Assembly (NCBI GenBank): GCA_902537615.1
Contig: CACBBU010000002.1
Span: forward strand, 75,334 to 139,333
Length of the DNA stretch: 64,000 nt
Reading direction: 5' to 3'
Source of the DNA: an uncultured Alphaproteobacteria bacterium
GTDB taxonomy: Bacteria; Pseudomonadota; Alphaproteobacteria; Methylaequorales; Methylaequoraceae
Part shown: piece after piece, positions 58,907 through 64,000 of the stretch
Layout of the letters: each line of letters begins with the position of its first letter
How positions within the stretch are numbered: position 1 is the stretch's first letter
Notes under the pieces: model-generated
The model's database searches: none
What the model was told of the DNA's origin: nothing
Seen by the model: only the letters and a program-made list of their open reading frames with translations
Program-made: the position numbers and the translations under genes

Positions 58907-59076
58907 CTATAAAGCAATGTACTTATGAAATTTAATATCATTAAGATAACATAAAAAGATATTAGAAAGATAAGTAATATAAAAGTTTTGGAAAAATGTT
59001 TATTAATTGAAAGCCATTTATAACAAAAAAATGTATCTAAAGTTGCTAGAATAAATGCTAATATATAGATATTCAT
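58903..59076 (-). CDS. Unlisted 57-aa two-TM small membrane protein
   Basis: Translated by hand: [57 protein letters not shown]; its stop overlaps the sel1 stop in TTAA. Confidence 0.55.
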   Translation of the reverse strand: MNIYILAFILATLDTFFCYKWLSINKHFSKTFILLIFLISFYVILMILNFISTLLYS

Positions 59077-59175
59077 AAAATAAATATTTTATATTTTTAA
59101 AATAAATTTTACTTTATAAGAGATAATTTTATTATAGAAATATATATTCCTCCCCATTTTTCAAAAAGGCGTTTT

Positions 59176-59496
59176 TTAACGCCTTTTTGTGCATTTAAAT
59201 ACATCAATAAAATTCTTATCGTAAACAAGCCATTTAAAAGAGCCTATATTAAAAGAGCTCGTATAATCATAAACTTTATTGTGCATTATTATTTCATAGT
59301 TGTTAAAAATGACAAGATTATCAAATGGTTGACCAGATAAATTTTCAACTGTTTTATTCTCAAAATCAATAATTTTTGAAAATCTTTTGTTTAAATTTTG
59401 ATTGAAAAGCTCTTTTGGAGTCTCGCAAATTATTTTAATATCTTTGGAAAATATTTGGTAAGGTAAGTATATTAAAAATATTAAAATAAACTTCAT
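59176..59496 (-). CDS. Hypothetical exported protein, 106 aa
   Basis: Signal-peptide-like N-terminus; two Cys; starts 5 nt after the tRNA-Arg CCA. Confidence 0.6.
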   Translation of the reverse strand: MKFILIFLIYLPYQIFSKDIKIICETPKELFNQNLNKRFSKIIDFENKTVENLSGQPFDNLVIFNNYEIIMHNKVYDYTSSFNIGSFKWLVYDKNFIDVFKCTKRR

Positions 59497-59501
59497 AATA
59501 G

Positions 59502-59578
59502 TGGCGACCCCGGTACGATTCGAACGTACGACCTACTGCTTAGAAGGCAGTTGCTCTATCCAGCTGAGCTACGGGGCC
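59502..59578 (-). tRNA. tRNA-Arg (UCU)
   Basis: Reverse complement GGCCCCGTAGCTCAGCTGGATAGAGC..., anticodon arm ACTGC-CTTCTAA-GCAGT, GTTCGAATC, encoded CCA. Confidence 0.97.
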
Positions 59579-59626
59579 AATATTGTCATTGATATTTTAT
59601 ACTTAAAGAAAAAAGAAATGAAAGTT

Positions 59627-60622
59627 TTATAAATCTTTTTTTGGAGGAACGAATTTTTTATTTTTTTTATCAAACCTACCACTTATCCATCTGTGAGTTT
59701 TATATGACCAATAACTATAACCACCTTGATCTGAAGCCAAAAGTTCAACATATTTAGATTTGGGTTTATTTTTTATAATACTTGCTTCATACATAAGTTT
59801 AATTGTTGGATCTTTTAAATCTGGTTTTTGTGTGCTTATGGAATTTATAAATCCTCTCAGAGAGACTAGTGCAACTCTTGCTCTTTGTTTTGAAACTCTT
59901 TCAACGGATTTAATTAATGTTCCAGCCCAAAATAAATATATATTAAAATAATTTGTTGAAGTTTTATAACTTAATGAATAATTTTTTGGTTTTTTTAAAA
60001 ACTTTTTTTCTTTTTTGGCTTTAATCTTATCTATTTGATCAAAATGTTCTATTGAAAAATTCAATTCATCAAGTGCCTTCAATTTATCTTTAGATAAATC
60101 GTTAAAAATTATATCCAAATTTTCTCCCTGAACACCGGCAAACGGATCCAAAATATCAACTTCAATATCATTTTTCAAAGTAATATTTTTTGTAGGTAAA
60201 TTATAATTTTGTGCGGTTAAATTATAGCAAGCCAAAATATCAGGATTAGATAGATCTGGCTTTATTGAAGAAATTTGTGAATAAAAAGCTTTTAATCCAT
60301 TAAGTGCTACACGTACTTGTTTTAAGGGAACATTAGCAAGTGATCTAATAATTTTTTTAGACCAAAAAAGATGTACATTTACATAGTTTTTAGATTTCTT
60401 AGAGTATTCCCAATGCACTGCTTTTAATATTTCATCATTGTTCAATTTATTTTTTTCTCTTAGTCTTTGAAGAAAACTTTTTTTCTTTATTATTTTATGA
60501 TCCCAGGCATTCAATGACTTTTTGATTTCTTTAAGAGCTTCTTCTTTGTCAATTTTAAATGGTGAAGGAGAGTTTGATTCTGACTCACCCTGAACACCTC
60601 CAAAGGGATCTTTATTGTTCAT
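59627..60622 (-). CDS. Hypothetical protein with two ~154-aa internal repeats
   Basis: DPFGGVQGE/DPFAGVQGE, LFWS/LFWA, VRVALNGL/ARVALVSL, KPDLSNP/KPDLKDP. Confidence 0.8.
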   Translation of the reverse strand: MNNKDPFGGVQGESESNSPSPFKIDKEEALKEIKKSLNAWDHKIIKKKSFLQRLREKNKLNNDEILKAVHWEYSKKSKNYVNVHLFWSKKIIRSLANVPLKQVRVALNGLKAFYSQISSIKPDLSNPDILACYNLTAQNYNLPTKNITLKNDIEVDILDPFAGVQGENLDIIFNDLSKDKLKALDELNFSIEHFDQIDKIKAKKEKKFLKKPKNYSLSYKTSTNYFNIYLFWAGTLIKSVERVSKQRARVALVSLRGFINSISTQKPDLKDPTIKLMYEASIIKNKPKSKYVELLASDQGGYSYWSYKTHRWISGRFDKKNKKFVPPKKDL

Positions 60623-60722
60623 AGTTGTTACCTTAGTTTTATTTTGCCATATTATAAAAATAATTTTTAGTATTTTGAAAGATACTTGTTATTTTAGACA
60701 CTTCTCAAGCTAACAAAAAAAT

Positions 60723-61022
60723 TCATTTTTTTTTTTTAATCTTAAAAAATGGGTAAAGAGTTAGTATTGAAAGTAAAGAAAATATAAAAGATGCAATTAG
60801 AAGCCAATAAATTAAAATTATATTTTCACATTTTTTATTTATTGAACTTTTAAAGTCGTTATTTTCACATAGGTTACTAAAATTTACTAGATCATTAAAA
60901 CCCACTAATGATGTTGAAAAAAACATTGTTTTTAAAATTAAAAAAACTAAAAACAACAAAATCGCTAAAGAAATAAAACCTATACTGCCTAACGATAGCT
61001 TTAAAAAAATATAAAAAATCAC
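60723..61022 (-). CDS. Possible small membrane protein (uncertain)
   Basis: Two hydrophobic stretches; GTG start without SD. Confidence 0.3.
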   Translation of the reverse strand: MIFYIFLKLSLGSIGFISLAILLFLVFLILKTMFFSTSLVGFNDLVNFSNLCENNDFKSSINKKCENIILIYWLLIASFIFSLLSILTLYPFFKIKKKK

Positions 61023-61377
61023 TCTTCTCTGATAGTTCGTTTGATAATTCTTTAAAAAAAATAAATAATCCTAACTTAAATTGTATTTTTAAGGATAAGA
61101 TAGATATATTTTAGTATTAATCAATTACTTTGCAGGGATAATATAAATAATAATTCAACCTCAATAGAAGTTTATAAGTTTCTTAAACAATTTTTGTGGG
61201 AAAATTATTAAGAAGACTAAGGTTTGTATGGTTTTTGTTTTTTTTAATTCCAGCAAATAGGATTATGATTTAATTTATTTTTTGGATAAAGAAAATTTAT
61301 AAAAACTGAAACCATAGTTTTCTTAAGGATTGAAAATGAAGAAATTACGATATGTGGAAATCATAAAAAAAAATTAG

Positions 61378-61971
61378 CTATTTTTTACAAAAATGATTTA
61401 ACTCGTTAACGTTTCTTTGAAATTTATCTTTAAGAATCTTGTGATTTTTTAAAAATTTTTTGAAATTTTGACATAATGATTTGTAATACCACAAAAGGTC
61501 TTTTTGGTTTATTTCATAATCACGCCATAGTCTTTTTCCAATTTTACCATAGTCATTTAAAATACAATTTAAACTATGATGTTTATCACAGATACATACT
61601 AGTAGTGATGATTGAGATTTTTTACCCATACTATCTAAAAATTTTTTTTTATTCTCAACCCAACTTTCTGAGCTATCATAGTTATCTAGATGTGAACATT
61701 GTTTAATTATATTTAATACTTTTATTCCAAATTTTGATTTTATAGATGCAACTTTTCTTATACCATTTTCATTTTCTAGGATGTCATGTAATAAACTAGC
61801 GACAGCCTCTTCTGTAGATCCATTATTCTCGATTACAAGATTACTTACAGATGACAGATAGGTGAAATAAGGAAACTTAATTCCTTTTCTATGCTTAGAC
61901 TGATAGAAACTGTAAGAAAAATCTAATGCTTTTTTATATGTTAATATGTTAAAGTTATTTTTTTTAGGCAT
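61378..61971 (-). CDS. RelA/SpoT-type HD-domain protein (MESH1/SAH-like), degenerate
   Basis: RKG..FPY, VASLLHDILE, CDKHHSL. Confidence 0.75.
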   Translation of the reverse strand: MPKKNNFNILTYKKALDFSYSFYQSKHRKGIKFPYFTYLSSVSNLVIENNGSTEEAVASLLHDILENENGIRKVASIKSKFGIKVLNIIKQCSHLDNYDSSESWVENKKKFLDSMGKKSQSSLLVCICDKHHSLNCILNDYGKIGKRLWRDYEINQKDLLWYYKSLCQNFKKFLKNHKILKDKFQRNVNELNHFCKK

Positions 61972-62015
61972 AAAAAGATATTAATTAATATCAGTTAATG
62001 GTGAATTTAAAAGTT

Positions 62016-63014
62016 TTAATTTAAATTATTTAATTCATTAATATGAGCTAATGTAGCTTTAGCATTTCCATCAAGATTATATCCTCCCTCCAAAATAGAT
62101 AATATTCTGTTGTCGCAGTAAATTTTTGAAAGTTTCATTAATATTTTAGTTAATTCTCTAAAACAATCATCGCTTAAGTGGAAACACCCCAGAGTGTCAT
62201 TTATTCTGCTGTCAAAACCAGCTGAGATTAAAATAAAATCTGGTTTAAATTTTTGCACATTTGGAATAAGTATTTCGTGAAACACTTTAATAATTTCTTT
62301 ATCTTTAGTTTTACAAGGTAAATGAACGTTAATATTAAAACCCAAACCTTTTCCTTTTCCTTGACGCTTTGGAGAACCAGTTCCTGGATAAGCAAATTGA
62401 TCATGAGTCGAAAAAAAAAGAACGCTTGGATCATTATAAAAAAAAAATTCTGTTGAATTTCCATGATGATAGTCCCAATCAATTATTAATATTTTTTTTA
62501 ATTTAAACTTTTTTTGTATATATTTTGCTGTTATCGCCACATGATTATAGTAGCAAAAACCTTCCTCCTTACCTGTATTAAGCGCATGATGTCCAGGGGG
62601 TCTTACTGCACAAAAGATATTTTTTGATTGCTTTCTCATAATTTTATCAACTCCGGTTAAACAAACTTTTACGGCGTATCTGGAAACCTTTTCTGCAAGA
62701 GGATTTGACTTTTTTAACGAATAAATATGTTTGTCGGTGTGAATTTCTCTAATCCATTTTTTAACATCTCTATTGGTATCTACAATCTCAAGTAAACTTG
62801 AATTTTTGCTTTTTTTTAAATAATTTAATATGTACTTGATTCTGTTAGGATTTTCTGGATGATCATCAGAGATTAAATGTTCAAAAAATATTAAATTAGT
62901 CAGAACTTTTGTATTTCTTTTTACAATACTAGCTTTTAAGTTCAACTTTAGAAATAAAAATGAGAATAATTTAAACAAGGAAAATTTGATAAATTCCCTT
63001 TTGCTAATAATCAT
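62016..63014 (-). CDS. Histone deacetylase-family (class II-like) amidohydrolase
   Basis: HPENPNRI, RPPGHHA, GFCYYN, DWDYHHGN, SAGFD, LEGGY. Confidence 0.92.
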   Translation of the reverse strand: MIISKREFIKFSLFKLFSFLFLKLNLKASIVKRNTKVLTNLIFFEHLISDDHPENPNRIKYILNYLKKSKNSSLLEIVDTNRDVKKWIREIHTDKHIYSLKKSNPLAEKVSRYAVKVCLTGVDKIMRKQSKNIFCAVRPPGHHALNTGKEEGFCYYNHVAITAKYIQKKFKLKKILIIDWDYHHGNSTEFFFYNDPSVLFFSTHDQFAYPGTGSPKRQGKGKGLGFNINVHLPCKTKDKEIIKVFHEILIPNVQKFKPDFILISAGFDSRINDTLGCFHLSDDCFRELTKILMKLSKIYCDNRILSILEGGYNLDGNAKATLAHINELNNLN

Positions 63015-63022
63015 TTTTTAAT

Positions 63023-63619
63023 CTACCTTATGACATTTATAACAGAACTATAAATTTTCTCGTGTGCTTGGTTCATTAAATTTTCAAAAGCTATTTCACC
63101 AATTTTTGACGCGCCCTCTGCTGCTTTACAATTAAAATATACATTTTTTTCCCATGATTGTTCAGATTTAATTTCATTTTTTACTACTTTACCATTTCCC
63201 TCAACAATAAAATTTGAAGTTAATGAAATCTTTAATACACCAGAATTACGAACGGTAAAAAATCTTAACAAAAAAATGTTTTCCTTGAAATTTATGAATG
63301 TAGTAAAGTTTTGATTTTCTAATTCTTTCTTTGATAGCTTCGTATCAGTAAACACTATTTTATCAAACATTTTGTTTAATAACTTTACATAAGAATCTTT
63401 GAATATTTTTTTGTAATTATAATCAAGTTGCCAAGATTCACAGTCCTCAGATTTAATCTCTTTTTTTATTTTAAAACTCTCTGGCATTAAAAAAATAGCG
63501 TGTTTATTTTCAATTTTAACAATATTTTTGGGAATTTTTACATAGATTTTTAGGTTATGATTGTTACCAGAACAAGAGGATAATAATATAAAAACTGCTA
63601 AGTAATAAAATAATCTCAT
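63023..63619 (-). CDS. Hypothetical lipoprotein
   Basis: Lipobox LSSC at residues 13-16 after a hydrophobic leader. Confidence 0.75.
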   Translation of the reverse strand: MRLFYYLAVFILLSSCSGNNHNLKIYVKIPKNIVKIENKHAIFLMPESFKIKKEIKSEDCESWQLDYNYKKIFKDSYVKLLNKMFDKIVFTDTKLSKKELENQNFTTFINFKENIFLLRFFTVRNSGVLKISLTSNFIVEGNGKVVKNEIKSEQSWEKNVYFNCKAAEGASKIGEIAFENLMNQAHEKIYSSVINVIR

Positions 63620-63663
63620 GTTTAAATAATAGACATAATAAACGATCTATCAATTAGATTATA

Positions 63664-63691
63664 GAAATGGTGACGTTAAAGTCACCATTTC
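63664..63691. terminator. Perfect 11-bp hairpin, probable terminator
   Basis: GAAATGGTGAC-GTTAAA-GTCACCATTTC, 27 nt downstream of the 40-aa ORF; U-tract weak. Confidence 0.6.
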
Positions 63692-63718
63692 AGATATTTA
63701 TTTGTTTTTAAATAAAAT

Positions 63719-63841
63719 TTAATTTTTTGGAGTTTTTTTGTAACCCCATCTATTTTCAGCAAGATCCCAAACTCTTTTAGTTTGTCTAGGAATCTTAACT
63801 AAAAAATTATTAAATTTAATCAAGGTTTTGGTTAATAACAT
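63719..63841 (-). CDS. Unlisted 40-aa small protein
   Basis: MLLTKTLIKFNNFLVKIPRQTKRVWDLAENRWGYKKTPKN; SD AAGGAG 8 nt upstream of the ATG. Confidence 0.7.
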   Translation of the reverse strand: MLLTKTLIKFNNFLVKIPRQTKRVWDLAENRWGYKKTPKN

Positions 63842-63931
63842 ACTTTTCACTCCTTAGTTGGTAAGTTAATAAGCATGTACTTTTGACGCATGTACTATGC
63901 GCCACTTTTAAACCATGTGGATGGTAGGTTG

Positions 63932-63959
63932 ATTATAATTTATTGTTTTAGATATGCAA
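63932..63959 (-). promoter_or_regulatory. Sigma-70-type promoter of the small ORF
   Basis: Minus strand TTGCAT-N16-TATAAT. Confidence 0.6.
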
Positions 63960-64000
63960 TTAAAATTTTTTATAGAATTTTTGAATATTTAATTAATAAT

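Noticed and set aside
61023-61377. AT-rich 350-bp gap as an ncRNA or pseudogene
   Set aside because: No strong hairpins, tRNA-like features or recognisable coding remnants were found.
63873-63905. Leader as a SAM-V/SAM-II riboswitch
   Set aside because: Only short resemblances (GGCGCAU, AAAAGUAC); the conserved core as I recall it is absent and the downstream gene is not sulfur-related. An Rfam search is needed.

Overview
Very AT-rich bacterial DNA with alphaproteobacterial gene order and an alphaproteobacterial-type LexA box. A streamlined, probably marine lineage is my inference, not a database result. 1-22 kb is housekeeping: partial pyrG, kdsA, eno, ftsB-like, cinA, pgpA, ispDF, ypjD/ccsA-like, dusB-ntrBC-ntrYX-trkA-dat-hflX (no hfq at its usual site), clpB and others. 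22-30 kb is a DNA-damage block: pdeM, Lhr-like helicase, exonuclease and ATP-dependent ligase, followed by umuDC with a GTTC-N7-GTTC LexA box. 30-32 kb holds short hypothetical genes. The main result is 31.8-58.0 kb: two convergent gene runs, each pairing a class III adenylate cyclase with a complete type I secretion set (TolC, ABC, HlyD) and Gly/Pro/acid-rich cargo. The block also carries an HD phosphodiesterase-like gene, a cNMP-binding domain fused to one HlyD, two stand-alone cNMP-binding proteins, a fused DUF1538 membrane protein and two P-II-like proteins. One short helical motif recurs five times across three putative cargo proteins and an insertion in the CHASE2 sensor domain, and both ABC ATPases have non-canonical catalytic residues. 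Together these suggest a cAMP-wired secretion and sensing circuit (inference). 58-64 kb holds tRNA-Pro(UGG), tRNA-Arg(UCU), Sel1, HD, HDAC-family and lipoprotein genes, plus an unannotated 40-codon ORF with its own promoter, structured leader and terminator. I saw no integrase, transposase, CRISPR array or rRNA. All family assignments come from motif recognition by eye; no searches were run.
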